Below are positions 26,265 through 36,488 of a stretch of 60,006 bases of DNA, in pieces. Origin of the DNA: Eubacteriales bacterium (lineage in GTDB: Bacteria; Bacillota; Clostridia; Oscillospirales; CAG-272). The position numbers and the translations under genes are program-made. Every line of letters begins with the position of its first letter. Positions within the stretch are counted from its first letter, which is position 1. Location of the stretch: positions 1 through 60,006 of the forward strand of contig JAZRGJ010000224.1 of NCBI GenBank assembly GCA_045644125.1, written 5' to 3'. Below the pieces are notes generated by a model, which saw only the letters and a program-made list of their open reading frames with translations, was not told where the DNA came from and searched no databases.

Positions 26265-28217
26265 ATGGAACGTTCAGAAATTTTCGAGGCTGCAAAAAAG
26301 CGCGGCTACGTTCTCTACTCAGACTTCGGCGCTAAGGGCGACGGAATTCACGAGGACCACGAGGCTATAAGAGCGGCACACGAATTTGCCAACGAAAACG
26401 GCTTTCCCGTTAAGGCTGATTTGCAAGCGACCTATTACGTAGAAAAGAAAAGCGCCGCTGCCATTATAAAAACCGACACGGACTTCCGAGGCGCTACCTT
26501 TATTATAGACGACACCCGCTTAACGAGCGCCGATACCTGCTACACCTTTATGATAGACTCCGACGAGGAAAGCTTTTTCTTCGAGCGTGGAAGCGACGAG
26601 GTTAAAGCCTTCAACGAAATGAAGGACGAGGACGGCATAGTTATCAAGGGCATAAACCACGGCGACGAAAGAACGAGAAAATTCCCTCTCGCCCTCGGCT
26701 ACGAGGCTATGATAAGAGTTTTCGACGACGACTCCATTGCCTACAACCGCTGGGGCTACGTTGACTCCGTCGGAAGCGCTCAGGAGGAATGTTTCCTCGT
26801 TGACAAGGACGGAAATATCGATCCCTCCACCACAGCTCTTATAGATTACCGCAAAGTCACGCGTCTTCTCATACATAAAACCGAGATAAAGCCCATTACC
26901 GTAAAGAACGCAAGATTTATCGGCCTCGCAAGCCAGATGAACACAATTCTTACGGGCGGAAACCTGTCAACCGGAATCAGAGTTGCCCGTCCGCATACTA
27001 CCGTAGAAAATATCGAGCATATCATCAAAAACGAGCGCCCTCGCTCCTCTTGCGCAAGATATAATGCGGAAACGGATTTTTGGGACGACGTTACGGGCGA
27101 GGGATTTTTCTTCAGCGTAGATACGAACAAGATTTATAAAAACGGCGAGATTTACGAGGGAAAAGACGTTCTTCGCTTCCGCGGCCACACCTACACGGGC
27201 TTCATCGCTATGGGCGGAACGTACGACGTACTTATAAAGGACTGCGTTTTCCAGGCGAGAACCTATTACAACTCGGGCACGTACGACATCAGCTGCTACA
27301 ATTCAACTCACGTCGTTTTTGAAAATTGCGTACAGTCAAACTATTACGATCCGCGCCCGCGCTTCCAGGTTTACGGTGAGTCAAGCTACCCGAACCTTTC
27401 GCTTTGCTGGGGCGTTATGGGCTCGAACTACTGTAAAAATATCGACTTTATAAACTGCATACTGACTCGTTTCGACGCTCATAGGGGTGTTTACAACGGC
27501 AGAATTATCGGCGGCAAAATGGGCGTTCTCCGTCTTATCGGCGGCGGCGAATTTTTGCTTGACGGAGTTGAGATAGCGAGGGGAAACGGCGCTCCCTTGC
27601 AGCTTCGATCTGACTACGGAGGAACGTTTAACGGAACTCTCACGGTGAGAAACTGCACTTTCAAGCACCCTGCCGAATCCTCTACGGGACAAAAGCTTCC
27701 GATTGAGGCGCTTATCGATGCGCCGACGGCAAACTGGAACAACGGCTACGGAAACTATTTCCCGAACGTCGTTATAGATAACATTAAGATAGACACCGTC
27801 CAAACGGAGCTGCCTCTCGTTGCAAATTCGAAAACGGAATACAATCCGGAGGGCACGCATTACCCGATAAGAAGCTTGCTTGAACCGGTGCATGATCCCG
27901 ACGCTCCTTTCGACGTTTACTACGAAACGCGCGACAAGGAAGTTTATAAAAACCACCCCGAAAGATTCAAATTCCTTGATGGCAAGGACGTAACGCCCGA
28001 AGTTATCGAGCATAAGAACAAGACCTATACACTTATTTTCCGCGGCGTTAAAAACATAAACCCCTATCACCCCCCGAAATTCATTGAAATCAAGAATATG
28101 AAGGGCGCCCACAACGCAAACGGCGAGCCCCTCACACTTTCGCTTTTCGATTGCGATTTCTTTAAAAACACCGAAATATTTGACTGCGACTCAGTTCTTA
28201 AACGTACAGAGTCGTAA
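26265..28217 (+). CDS. Beta-helix (pectin-lyase-fold) protein, paralog E (long subfamily)
   Basis: 650 aa with no signal peptide. YSDFGAKGDGIHEDHEAIRAAHEFANENGFPV, CWGVMGSNYCKN, LTRFDAHRGVYNG, LRLIGGGE, LQLRSDYGGTFNGTLT, NWNNGYGNYFPNVVIDN and NPYHPPKFIEIKN are present. Confidence 0.7.
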   Translation: MERSEIFEAAKKRGYVLYSDFGAKGDGIHEDHEAIRAAHEFANENGFPVKADLQATYYVEKKSAAAIIKTDTDFRGATFIIDDTRLTSADTCYTFMIDSDEESFFFERGSDEVKAFNEMKDEDGIVIKGINHGDERTRKFPLALGYEAMIRVFDDDSIAYNRWGYVDSVGSAQEECFLVDKDGNIDPSTTALIDYRKVTRLLIHKTEIKPITVKNARFIGLASQMNTILTGGNLSTGIRVARPHTTVENIEHIIKNERPRSSCARYNAETDFWDDVTGEGFFFSVDTNKIYKNGEIYEGKDVLRFRGHTYTGFIAMGGTYDVLIKDCVFQARTYYNSGTYDISCYNSTHVVFENCVQSNYYDPRPRFQVYGESSYPNLSLCWGVMGSNYCKNIDFINCILTRFDAHRGVYNGRIIGGKMGVLRLIGGGEFLLDGVEIARGNGAPLQLRSDYGGTFNGTLTVRNCTFKHPAESSTGQKLPIEALIDAPTANWNNGYGNYFPNVVIDNIKIDTVQTELPLVANSKTEYNPEGTHYPIRSLLEPVHDPDAPFDVYYETRDKEVYKNHPERFKFLDGKDVTPEVIEHKNKTYTLIFRGVKNINPYHPPKFIEIKNMKGAHNANGEPLTLSLFDCDFFKNTEIFDCDSVLKRTES

Positions 28218-28231
28218 GGAAAGGAAAGATT

Positions 28232-31186
28232 ATGAAAAACATCAAGAGTATTTTAACCTTTATTCTTGCGCTGACACTCGTTTTCGCGCTTTTTGCGTGC
28301 GGAAAGAATCAACAGCCACCGGAGGGCGGCGGCACGGGCGAGGCTTGCTCTCATACCGACGACAACTCCGACTGCAAGTGCGATAAATGCAAAAAAGCTC
28401 TTTCGCACGAGGACGAGGATGAGGACGGCGTCTGCGACGTTTGCGACGAGGAGCTTGACACGGGCTCTGAAACCAAAGACGGCATAGTTCTTATCGAGGA
28501 CGAGGAGATACTTTTCCAAATCGTTCTCGGAGGCGACGTTGACCTTGAGACGAGAATCTATATTGACGGCATATCCGACATTGTTGACGAGCTCGGCGGC
28601 GAGCTTGTCGTAGTTGAAGACACAAATGGCGACGAGGCTGACGTTGAAATACTTATAGGCACCGTAACGAGCCGTGGCAAAGACTATGAATACAAGAAAA
28701 CCGACCTTGGCGTTAAGGGCTACGTTATCACGGCTTTTGACGAGAGCAAAATCGGCATCGTGGGCGGCTCTGAAAAGACGCTTCTTGAAACCGTAACGAA
28801 GTTTTTCGAGGATGAGCTCGAGCTTGACAAGAGAGCGGATGAGCTTAAGGACTACACCTTTACCGAGGACTCCGAGGTGCTCGAAATTCAGGACGACTAC
28901 AAAATCACCTCGCTTACCGTTAACGGCAACGAAATAAAAGATTACGTTATAACCAAGAACTCCGAATACAACGAAACCAACGTTGCGGCAAAGCGCTTGC
29001 AGCAAACTTTCTATGAAAAAGCGGGCATTTGGCTTGAAATAGTTGAAGAATCAAAGGCGAGCGGCAATCTTATCAAGGTCTCTTGCGTTGGCAAGGACGA
29101 AGCGGGCAACAAGGGCTTCCGCGCGACTCTTGACGGCGACGACCTCGTTTTCGAGTGCGGCTACGCTAACAAATACCCCGAAATGATAGAGGAATTTATC
29201 AATAAAACCTTCTTTATGGTAACGGGCGAGGTTGAACTTGGCGAATACACCCCCGAAAGCTACGCAAACAGAGTAAGCTATAAAGAATTCGGCGCTGTCG
29301 GCGACGGCGTAACGGACGATAGCGCAGCTATCCGCGCGGCTCACGAATTTGCTAACAAAGGCGGCCAGCTCGTCGTTGCGGAATCCAATAAAACCTATTA
29401 TATAGCAGGCCCTTGCGACACGATTTCCGTTAAGACTAACGTTGACTGGGGCGGATGCAAGTTCATTTTTGACGATACGATAGTTACCGGCTCAACGACA
29501 GCGCCCATATTCTCTATCGATCCCGATTTACCCAACTCGACGATTTCAAGCGGAGATTTCTTCAAGGCTCTCAACGCAGACCCCGACGGCGACGGCATAG
29601 TTATCTACGGTATTAACCACGGCGACGGACAGACGACAAAGCTCGGTAACGGCCTTGGCTACGCGGCGCTTCTTACAATCTACGACACGAGCTCCAATAT
29701 GTATATCCGCTGGGGCTACGTTGACGGACAGAATCACACCCAAGAAGAAATAGTTCTTATTGACAAGGACGGTAATATCGATCCCTCAACGCCTTTCCTT
29801 ATCGACTTTGAAAAGGTTACGAAAATAAAGGTTCAAAACCTTGAAAACATAGATCCCATCACTATCAAAAACGCAACCATCACAACCCGCGCGACGAAGA
29901 TTAACAAGGCGGGCAACATCACGCGTAACATCGTGGTTAACCGCGCTTACACAACCCTTGACGGTATCAAGCACGTAGTTGAGGGCGAATACGACGGCGT
30001 TAACATCGGTATGCTTGCGGGAGAAGAAAGAACCCCCTTGAAGCTTGACGAAAAGCTCGGATACTACGTTCCCGCTGACGGATATACCGCAGACCGCTAC
30101 AATATTTACGACTCAAACGGCAATAAATACACCGGAAAAGACGTAGTTCTTATGTCGGGCGTTACCTACACGGGTATTATAAACGTTTCGTTCTCCGAGG
30201 GAGTAACCGTAAAGAACTGCGAATTCCAAGCAAAAATGTACTACGGAAGCGGTACTTACGACTTAAACCTTTACAATGCGAATAACGTAAAGTTTATTGA
30301 CTGTATTCAGACGAACTTCTTCGACGAAACGAGAGGCGCAACCACCCCCAACCTTACCAGATGCTGGGGCGTTATGGGCTCAAACTACTGTAAGAATCTC
30401 TCGTTCAACGGCTGCCGTCTTACCCGTTTTGACGCTCACTGCGGCGTTTACAACGCAGAAATGATTGACTGTGAGGTCGCTCTTATAAGACTTATCGGCG
30501 GCGGTGATTTCACGCTTGACGGCACGACCTTCTACTTCCACCAGAGCGGCGCTCCCATACAGCTTCGTGAGGACTACGGCGCAACATTCAACGGCACGGT
30601 AACCATTAAGGACTGTACCATAAATTCACTCGGTGAAATGACAGGCCTCGTTTCCGCTCCTACCGCTAACTGGGATAACGGATACGACACTTATTTCCCG
30701 AACCTCGTTATCGATAATCTTCAGCTCGGAAACGCGCAGACGACCTTTAATATTCTTGCGAAAGAAACGGAAAGCTACTCGAAGTCGAACCTCTATCCTT
30801 CAAGATGCCCCGCTCTTGAAGACGTTCACGACCCCGACGCTCTTTTCACCGTTTATTACACGACGGCAAACCCGAATCTCGTTACCGAGAAGCCCGAAAA
30901 ATTCCCCTATCTTGACGGCTTTAAAAAGGTTTCAAAAGATCCCATATCACTTAAAAACGGCGAATACACCGTTGTTGATAACGGCGACGACACCTACACG
31001 GTAGTTGCTAAAGGCGCTAAGAACGTAAGACCTTACAACGCTCCCGAATTTATCGAAATCAAGAATATGACGAATTTCAAAAACGGAAAAGGCCAGTCGG
31101 TTACACTCCAGCTTTACAACTGTCCTTTCTTCGACGAAACCGAAATTATTGACGCAGATAAGGTGCTTAAGAAAGTTAAGCCCTGA
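28232..31186 (+). CDS. Surface lipoprotein with a Cys/Asp-rich linker, two alpha/beta modules and a beta-helix paralog F domain
   Basis: Lipobox LFACGK. CSHTDDNSDCKCDKCKKAL and HEDEDEDGVCDVCDEEL motifs follow. From about aa 345 (YKEFGAVGDGVTDDSAAIRAAHEFANKGG) to the end it is collinear with paralog E. Confidence 0.75.
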   Translation: MKNIKSILTFILALTLVFALFACGKNQQPPEGGGTGEACSHTDDNSDCKCDKCKKALSHEDEDEDGVCDVCDEELDTGSETKDGIVLIEDEEILFQIVLGGDVDLETRIYIDGISDIVDELGGELVVVEDTNGDEADVEILIGTVTSRGKDYEYKKTDLGVKGYVITAFDESKIGIVGGSEKTLLETVTKFFEDELELDKRADELKDYTFTEDSEVLEIQDDYKITSLTVNGNEIKDYVITKNSEYNETNVAAKRLQQTFYEKAGIWLEIVEESKASGNLIKVSCVGKDEAGNKGFRATLDGDDLVFECGYANKYPEMIEEFINKTFFMVTGEVELGEYTPESYANRVSYKEFGAVGDGVTDDSAAIRAAHEFANKGGQLVVAESNKTYYIAGPCDTISVKTNVDWGGCKFIFDDTIVTGSTTAPIFSIDPDLPNSTISSGDFFKALNADPDGDGIVIYGINHGDGQTTKLGNGLGYAALLTIYDTSSNMYIRWGYVDGQNHTQEEIVLIDKDGNIDPSTPFLIDFEKVTKIKVQNLENIDPITIKNATITTRATKINKAGNITRNIVVNRAYTTLDGIKHVVEGEYDGVNIGMLAGEERTPLKLDEKLGYYVPADGYTADRYNIYDSNGNKYTGKDVVLMSGVTYTGIINVSFSEGVTVKNCEFQAKMYYGSGTYDLNLYNANNVKFIDCIQTNFFDETRGATTPNLTRCWGVMGSNYCKNLSFNGCRLTRFDAHCGVYNAEMIDCEVALIRLIGGGDFTLDGTTFYFHQSGAPIQLREDYGATFNGTVTIKDCTINSLGEMTGLVSAPTANWDNGYDTYFPNLVIDNLQLGNAQTTFNILAKETESYSKSNLYPSRCPALEDVHDPDALFTVYYTTANPNLVTEKPEKFPYLDGFKKVSKDPISLKNGEYTVVDNGDDTYTVVAKGAKNVRPYNAPEFIEIKNMTNFKNGKGQSVTLQLYNCPFFDETEIIDADKVLKKVKP

Positions 31187-31224
31187 TAAGTGATGCCTTA
31201 AGGCATAAGAAAAATGAGCACATT

Positions 31225-31262
31225 CAAAAAAATGCTCCCCGAATTTTCGGGGAGCATTTCAC
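31225..31262. terminator. Bidirectional intrinsic terminator (strong for infB)
   Basis: A 10-bp stem ATGCTCCCCG/CGGGGAGCAT with a 6-nt loop. On the minus strand it is followed by TTTTTTT, and on the plus strand by TTCACGTTATTT. Confidence 0.85.
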
Positions 31263-31334
31263 GTTATTTATAATATTTCAGGACCGAAGGTCATTTCATT
31301 CGGCAAACTTGCCCTGCGAATTTCGTTTCACGCC

Positions 31335-34148
31335 TCAGCGCGCAACCTCTTCCATAATAAACGCTTCGAGTATATCGCCCTCTTTGATGTCGTTAAACTT
31401 CTCAAGTCCGATACCGCACTCGTAGCCGGTTGCGACCTCACGCGCGTCGTCCTTGAATCTCTTAAGGGATCCTATCTTATCCTCGAATATAACTATACCG
31501 TCACGAACGATACGGATATTTGCGTTACGGGCAATCTTACCGTCCTGAACGTAAGAGCCTGCGATCGTTCCAACGTTGGGAACACGGATAGTCTGACGGA
31601 CTTCGGCATGGCCGAGCACGACTTCTTTGTAGGTAGGCGCAAGCATACCCTTCATTGCCGCTTCAATCTCTTCGATTATTTCGTAGATTATGCGGTGGCA
31701 TCTTATATCAACGCCGTTTCTTTCGGCGGAGTCGATAGCGTTCTTATCGGGGCGCACGTTAAAGCCCGTGATAATTGCGTTGGATGCCGTTGCGAGCATA
31801 ACGTCGGATTCGGTAATTCCGCCGACGGCGCTGTGGATAACGGAAACCTTAACCTCTTCGTTTGAGAGCTTAAGAAGCGACTGCTTAACGGCTTCAACCG
31901 AGCCTGCAACGTCTGCTTTAACGATAATGTTAAGGGTTTTAACACCCTCGGCAATCTGGTTAAAGAGGTCGTCAAGGTTAACTCTTGCGTTAGCGGCAAG
32001 AATTTCCTGTCTTTGCTTTTCACGGCGCTGGTCGGCAAGGTTTTTCGCCATTCTTTCGTCTTCAACCGCATTAAGCTCGTCACCCGCCTGGGGAACGTCG
32101 TCAAGACCTACTATCTCAACGGGAACGGACGGGCCTGCCGTCTTTATCATTTTACCCTTATCGTCAACCATTGCGCGCACTCTACCGACGGCGTTACCTA
32201 CGATTACGTAGTCACCCTGGTGGAGCGTTCCGTTCTGGATAAGAACAGTTGCAACGGGGCCGCGGCCACGGTCGAGCTTCGACTCGATAACAAGACCTCT
32301 CGCGCGCTTTGCGGGATTAGCCTTAAGCTCCTTAACCTCGGCAACGAGAAGAACGCTTTCAAGAAGATCGTCAATACCCATGCCCGTGAGAGCCGAAACG
32401 GGAACGCAGATAACGTCGCCGCCCCAATCCTCGGGAACGAGCTCGTACTGAGTGAGCTGATTTAAAATATTATCGGGGTTAGCCGTGGGTTTATCCATTT
32501 TGTTGATAGCGACGATAATGTCGATACCTGCCGCTTTTGCGTGGCTTATCGCCTCAACCGTCTGGGGCATAACGCCGTCGTCTGCCGCAACTACGAGGAT
32601 TGCAATATCGGTAGACTTTGCGCCTCTCATACGCATTGCGGTGAACGCCTCGTGGCCGGGCGTATCAAGGAATGTGATGTCCTTATCGTTGATTTTTACT
32701 CTGTAAGCGCCGATTGCCTGCGTGATACCGCCTGCCTCGCCACGCGTTACGTTGGTGTGTCTTATTGCGTCGAGAATCGAGGTTTTACCGTGGTCAACGT
32801 GTCCCATAACGCAAACGACGGGAGCTCTTTCCTCAAGGTCCTCAAGGTTATCCTCTGCCTCGGTGAAGAGCTTTTCTTCAATGGTAACTACGACTTCTTT
32901 CGTTACCTTTGCGCCAAACTCGTCTGCAATGAGCTCTGCCGTGCCGTAGTCAACTACGTCGTTAAGGCCCTTCATCTCGCCCATAAGCATAAGCTTTTTG
33001 ATAACCTCGCCTGAGGTTTTCTTAAGGCGTGAAGCAAGCTCCGATACGGTGATTTCGTCGGGCACGGTGATTTCAAGCTGCTTGTTTCTAGCTCTTTCGG
33101 CTTCAAGCTTCTTGATTTTTTCCTGCGCCGCTCTTTCCTTATCCTTTGCGCTCTTCGCATTCTGGCCGCGGTTATCCTGCTTCTTAAGCTTCTGCTTCGA
33201 AGCCTTATTGTCAGTACCGTTCATTATTGCGAAGTATCTGTCGTTATAGTGGTCGTCGTACTTCGAGAGGTTGACGTCCGTTGTTCTCATATCAACTACA
33301 CGGGTTTTGCGTGTGTCGGCGGTGTATTCCGCATTGATATTTACCCCACCCTTAACGCTCGACATATCGATTGTGGGAGTGATGGTTTTAAACTGCTGCT
33401 TCTGAGCCTTTTTCTCTTCCTTTTTAGGCGCAGGCTGAGGCTTCTTTTCCTCAGGCTTCGTCGCAAGCTTCTGCTGCTTTTCAAGCTGAAGCTTCTGCGC
33501 AGGGCGAAGAGCGTTTACGTCCTTTGCGACGTCTTGCGCGGGCTTCTTGATTTCCTGCTGAGGCTTTTGCTGAAGCGTAATTTCGGGCTTCTGCTGAGGC
33601 TTCAATTCCGGCTTCTGCTGAGGCTTCTGCTGGAGCTTTCCGCCCTGACGGAATCCCTCTGCCGCGCGATTCATGCTGTCAAGCTTTTTCGCAAACGGAT
33701 TTTCCTGCGGTCTTTCGTTATAGCGCTGATATTGCGGCTTTTCGGGACGGCGAGGTTTATCCTCACGGGGCTTGTAATTCGGATTGTGATATTCCGTTTG
33801 ATTATTCTTCTTTTCCTCGGCCCTCTTTTCCTCCGCCTTGGGAGCTTCGGGCTTCTTTTCTTCCGCCTTAACGGCAGGCTTTGCCTCGGGCTTCTTCGCC
33901 TCGGGCTTCTTTGCTTCGGGCTTCTCCGCCTTTTTCTTTGGCGAAGAAATCTTTATTTTGCCGTCAAGATAGTCCTCGATATTTTTCATTGAGTGCGTCA
34001 AGGTGAGCTTGGCTATGAAAAGACCGAGCTCGTCGTCTTGCACCGTTGCGCTTGAATTTTTCTTAATATCAAGCTCCGAGAAAACCTCGATGACCGCCTT
34101 TGAGTCCATATTAAAATCTTTTGAAATCTGAGTTATTTTCTGAGCCAT
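31335..34148 (-). CDS. infB: Translation initiation factor IF-2
   Basis: [20 protein letters not shown] (G1), DTPGHEAF and NKMD are present. The N terminus is low-complexity and rich in Lys, Pro, Glu and Gln. 937 aa. Confidence 0.97.
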   Translation of the reverse strand: MAQKITQISKDFNMDSKAVIEVFSELDIKKNSSATVQDDELGLFIAKLTLTHSMKNIEDYLDGKIKISSPKKKAEKPEAKKPEAKKPEAKPAVKAEEKKPEAPKAEEKRAEEKKNNQTEYHNPNYKPREDKPRRPEKPQYQRYNERPQENPFAKKLDSMNRAAEGFRQGGKLQQKPQQKPELKPQQKPEITLQQKPQQEIKKPAQDVAKDVNALRPAQKLQLEKQQKLATKPEEKKPQPAPKKEEKKAQKQQFKTITPTIDMSSVKGGVNINAEYTADTRKTRVVDMRTTDVNLSKYDDHYNDRYFAIMNGTDNKASKQKLKKQDNRGQNAKSAKDKERAAQEKIKKLEAERARNKQLEITVPDEITVSELASRLKKTSGEVIKKLMLMGEMKGLNDVVDYGTAELIADEFGAKVTKEVVVTIEEKLFTEAEDNLEDLEERAPVVCVMGHVDHGKTSILDAIRHTNVTRGEAGGITQAIGAYRVKINDKDITFLDTPGHEAFTAMRMRGAKSTDIAILVVAADDGVMPQTVEAISHAKAAGIDIIVAINKMDKPTANPDNILNQLTQYELVPEDWGGDVICVPVSALTGMGIDDLLESVLLVAEVKELKANPAKRARGLVIESKLDRGRGPVATVLIQNGTLHQGDYVIVGNAVGRVRAMVDDKGKMIKTAGPSVPVEIVGLDDVPQAGDELNAVEDERMAKNLADQRREKQRQEILAANARVNLDDLFNQIAEGVKTLNIIVKADVAGSVEAVKQSLLKLSNEEVKVSVIHSAVGGITESDVMLATASNAIITGFNVRPDKNAIDSAERNGVDIRCHRIIYEIIEEIEAAMKGMLAPTYKEVVLGHAEVRQTIRVPNVGTIAGSYVQDGKIARNANIRIVRDGIVIFEDKIGSLKRFKDDAREVATGYECGIGLEKFNDIKEGDILEAFIMEEVAR

Positions 34149-34187
34149 ATAAGTTACCGGTTTTCGTATAAGCGAAAACTTCCTTTC

Positions 34188-34511
34188 TTATGTTGTCGGG
34201 TTCAGCGCTTTCTTTATCTCTTCGCTAAAACCCGAATCGGTTACCGCAATTGCCATCGGCGCATAAGTCTTTCCGAGAAGCGCTCCGATTTTTTCCGCCC
34301 CTAAGGGAAGAATTGCGTACGGTATTCCGTAAAACTCACATTTTACGGTAAGCTTTTTTTTCGTGCCCTCACTTGCCGCATCGGATACCAAAACGAGCTT
34401 TGGCGAACCCTTAGCCATAGCACGACAAACTGATTCTGTACCTATAATCAGCTTTCCTGCTCTCATGGCGAAGCCAAGCATACCGAGAAGGCGCGTTTCG
34501 TTAATTGCCAA
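34188..34511 (-). CDS. ylxQ: L7Ae-family RNA-binding protein YlxQ
   Basis: LLGMLGFAMRAGKLIIGTESVCRAM...LVLVSDAASEGTKKKL. The TTG at 34511 has a GAGGAG RBS 7 nt upstream and overlaps the ylxR stop. An alternative ATG lies at 34481. Confidence 0.7.
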   Translation of the reverse strand: MAINETRLLGMLGFAMRAGKLIIGTESVCRAMAKGSPKLVLVSDAASEGTKKKLTVKCEFYGIPYAILPLGAEKIGALLGKTYAPMAIAVTDSGFSEEIKKALNPTT

Positions 34512-34785
34512 CTGCAAGCTCCTCTTCAAGACGGGTGTAAACCTCATCGGGAATCGTACATTCGAGCGAAGCCTCAAGACGTTTTTTCTGTCTTGCCTTC
34601 TTAAAGCAATCAAGCTTCTTGCAAATATATGCGCCTCGGCCTGATTTTTTGCCCGTGAAATCCACGACTATCTCACCCTCCGGCGTTCTTAAAACACGGA
34701 TAAGCTCGTTTTTGGCGAAATGCTCGCCACAGCCCGTGCAACGTCTTTCGGGAAGCTTGCGAGGCTTCAAATTTACCTCGCTCAT
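34501..34785 (-). CDS. ylxR: YlxR/DUF448 RNA-binding protein
   Basis: RRCTGCGEHFAKNELIRV...GRGAYIC. It occupies the conserved position between nusA and ylxQ, with a TAATG overlap with nusA. Confidence 0.85.
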   Translation of the reverse strand: MSEVNLKPRKLPERRCTGCGEHFAKNELIRVLRTPEGEIVVDFTGKKSGRGAYICKKLDCFKKARQKKRLEASLECTIPDEVYTRLEEELAVGN

Positions 34786-35816
34786 TACGCCTTAATATCT
34801 ATCTTGCAGCCCGTGAGTCTTGCTACGAGCTTTGCATTCTGACCTTCTCTTCCTATAGCAAGGGAGAGCTGTTCGGGCGCAACGGTTACGCGGCAGGAGC
34901 GCTCGCCGTCCATAACCACGGAGATTACAGATGCGGGAGAGAGAGCCTCCGCTACGTATTCGGGAAGATTTTCGCTGTATCTTATAATGTCTACCTTTTC
35001 ATTTCCAAGCTCGGAAAGAATTGCGGAAATTCTCATTCCGTTCTTACCGATACAAGAGCCTACCGCATCAACGTTTTCATCACGTGACATAACGGCAATC
35101 TTGCTTCTGCTTCCCGCCTCACGGGAAACGCCCTTAATGATTATCGTTCCGTCCTGAATTTCGGGAATTTCAAGCTCGAAAAGGCGCTTTACGAAATTGG
35201 GATGTATTCTTGAAAGGGTTACGATAGGTCCACGCATCTCGCCCGACTTTACCTCGGAGATGAATACCTTGATTCTGTCGCCAACCTCGTGAACCTCGCC
35301 GGGAATCTGCTCCGCCTTAAGAAGCGTTGCGTAGCCTGTTCCGGTGTCAAGAGTGAGGTTACCCGTCTGCATATCAACCTTATCAACGATAGCGGTGATG
35401 ATTTCCTCACGCTTTTCCTCGTATTCTCTCGTCTGACGCTCACGCTCCGCATCTCTTATCGCCTGAACTATCATCTGCTTTCCGGCAACTGCGGAAAGGC
35501 GTCTGAAATTCTTGGTTTTAAGCTCGGTTTCAAGCGTTCCGCCAAGCTTGTTGCGGCGGCTTATCGCCTTTGCGTCGGAAAGAGCGATTTCGGTTTTGGG
35601 ATCGAGAACCTCGCCGTCAGCAACGACCGTGCGCTGCTGATAAACTCTGAAATCCTGCTTGACGGGGTCGAGCTGAACTCTGATAACCGTCGTAGCGCCG
35701 ACTTCCTTGCGGCACGCATTTGCAAGCGCCGCTTCGATCTTTGCGATCATGTACTCTTTCGGGATGCCCTTCTCCTTTTCAAGAAGCTCAAGGGCAGAAA
35801 AGAAATCCTGATTCAT
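34785..35816 (-). CDS. nusA: Transcription termination/antitermination factor NusA
   Basis: LELLEKEKGIPKEYM at the N terminus, an S1 domain, and KH domains (GSCIGKNGMRI, AIGREGQNAKLVARLTG). Confidence 0.95.
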   Translation of the reverse strand: MNQDFFSALELLEKEKGIPKEYMIAKIEAALANACRKEVGATTVIRVQLDPVKQDFRVYQQRTVVADGEVLDPKTEIALSDAKAISRRNKLGGTLETELKTKNFRRLSAVAGKQMIVQAIRDAERERQTREYEEKREEIITAIVDKVDMQTGNLTLDTGTGYATLLKAEQIPGEVHEVGDRIKVFISEVKSGEMRGPIVTLSRIHPNFVKRLFELEIPEIQDGTIIIKGVSREAGSRSKIAVMSRDENVDAVGSCIGKNGMRISAILSELGNEKVDIIRYSENLPEYVAEALSPASVISVVMDGERSCRVTVAPEQLSLAIGREGQNAKLVARLTGCKIDIKA

Positions 35817-35845
35817 TTTTCTTTACCTCATATATATATTTTTTA

Positions 35846-36304
35846 TTACTCAAAATAAACTGTCGTGAGCTTTGCTATCTCGCTTTTTGAAAGCTCGTAA
35901 TCAATCTCACCGACGGTGACGGTTATCTTGCCGCCCTCGTATGATTTAAGCTCGCCCGTAAGGCTCTTCTGACCGTCCTTGGCTGTGAAAAGCTTCGCCT
36001 CGACCGTCTCGCCGATAGAAAGGGTGATATGCTCGTCGCTTTTAAGCTCTCTTTCAATTCCGGGAGAGGAAACCTCAAGATAATAAAAATTCTCGATAGG
36101 ATCGTGCTCGTCAAGGATAGGATCTATGGCTCTGTGCACCTTTTCGCAATCCTCGATTCCTATTCCGTCGTCGGAGTCAATGGTTATTTCAAGGTGATAG
36201 TCAGCTCCGATTTTCTGATAGCTTACGTCCCATATTCTGTAGCCGAGCTCCAAAACGGAGGGCTCGATCAACTCTCTTACGGTTTCTTTAATGCTCTTTT
36301 TCAT
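35846..36304 (-). CDS. rimP: Ribosome maturation factor RimP
   Basis: VELGYRIWDVSY...LEVSSPGIEREL. The start is set at the ATG at 36304 (AAGGAG RBS), because the promoter at 36373-36400 would leave the track start (36358) nearly leaderless. Confidence 0.85.
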   Translation of the reverse strand: MKKSIKETVRELIEPSVLELGYRIWDVSYQKIGADYHLEITIDSDDGIGIEDCEKVHRAIDPILDEHDPIENFYYLEVSSPGIERELKSDEHITLSIGETVEAKLFTAKDGQKSLTGELKSYEGGKITVTVGEIDYELSKSEIAKLTTVYFE

Positions 36305-36372
36305 ACTTCTCCTTACAACAAACGAAGAGTGACTCGCAAGCCACTCTTCATAATTCATATTAAACTATAACT

Positions 36373-36400
36373 ATTATAACATATATTTTAAAAAAATCAA
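36373..36400 (-). promoter_or_regulatory. Sigma-70 promoter of the rimP-nusA-infB operon
   Basis: The minus strand reads TTGATT-16 nt-TATAAT with a TGT extended -10 (TGTTATAAT). Confidence 0.6.
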
Positions 36401-36488
36401 GAGGTTTTTCAAAAAACTTTCAAAATGCGCCCGCGAGGGATAATTCTCATTCAAAAAGAACGGAAATTTCGCTCATACGCTTAGCAAA

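Noticed and set aside
27381-29005. 243-aa and 250-aa minus-strand ORFs (27381-28112 and 28253-29005)
   Set aside because: They are antisense to paralogs E and F, which have strong family conservation in the plus frame. They have no RBS and show no conservation signals.
33380-33960. Short periodic nucleotide repeats (for example the 15-bp units encoding KKPEA x3, and the QQKP repeats)
   Set aside because: They are in frame within the variable N-terminal domain of IF-2, which is normally low-complexity. They are not a CRISPR array or a mobile repeat.
33249-33992. 247-aa plus-strand ORF rich in Leu and Arg
   Set aside because: It is antisense to the low-complexity N-terminal region of infB, so it is an artefact of the K/P/E/Q-rich coding repeats.
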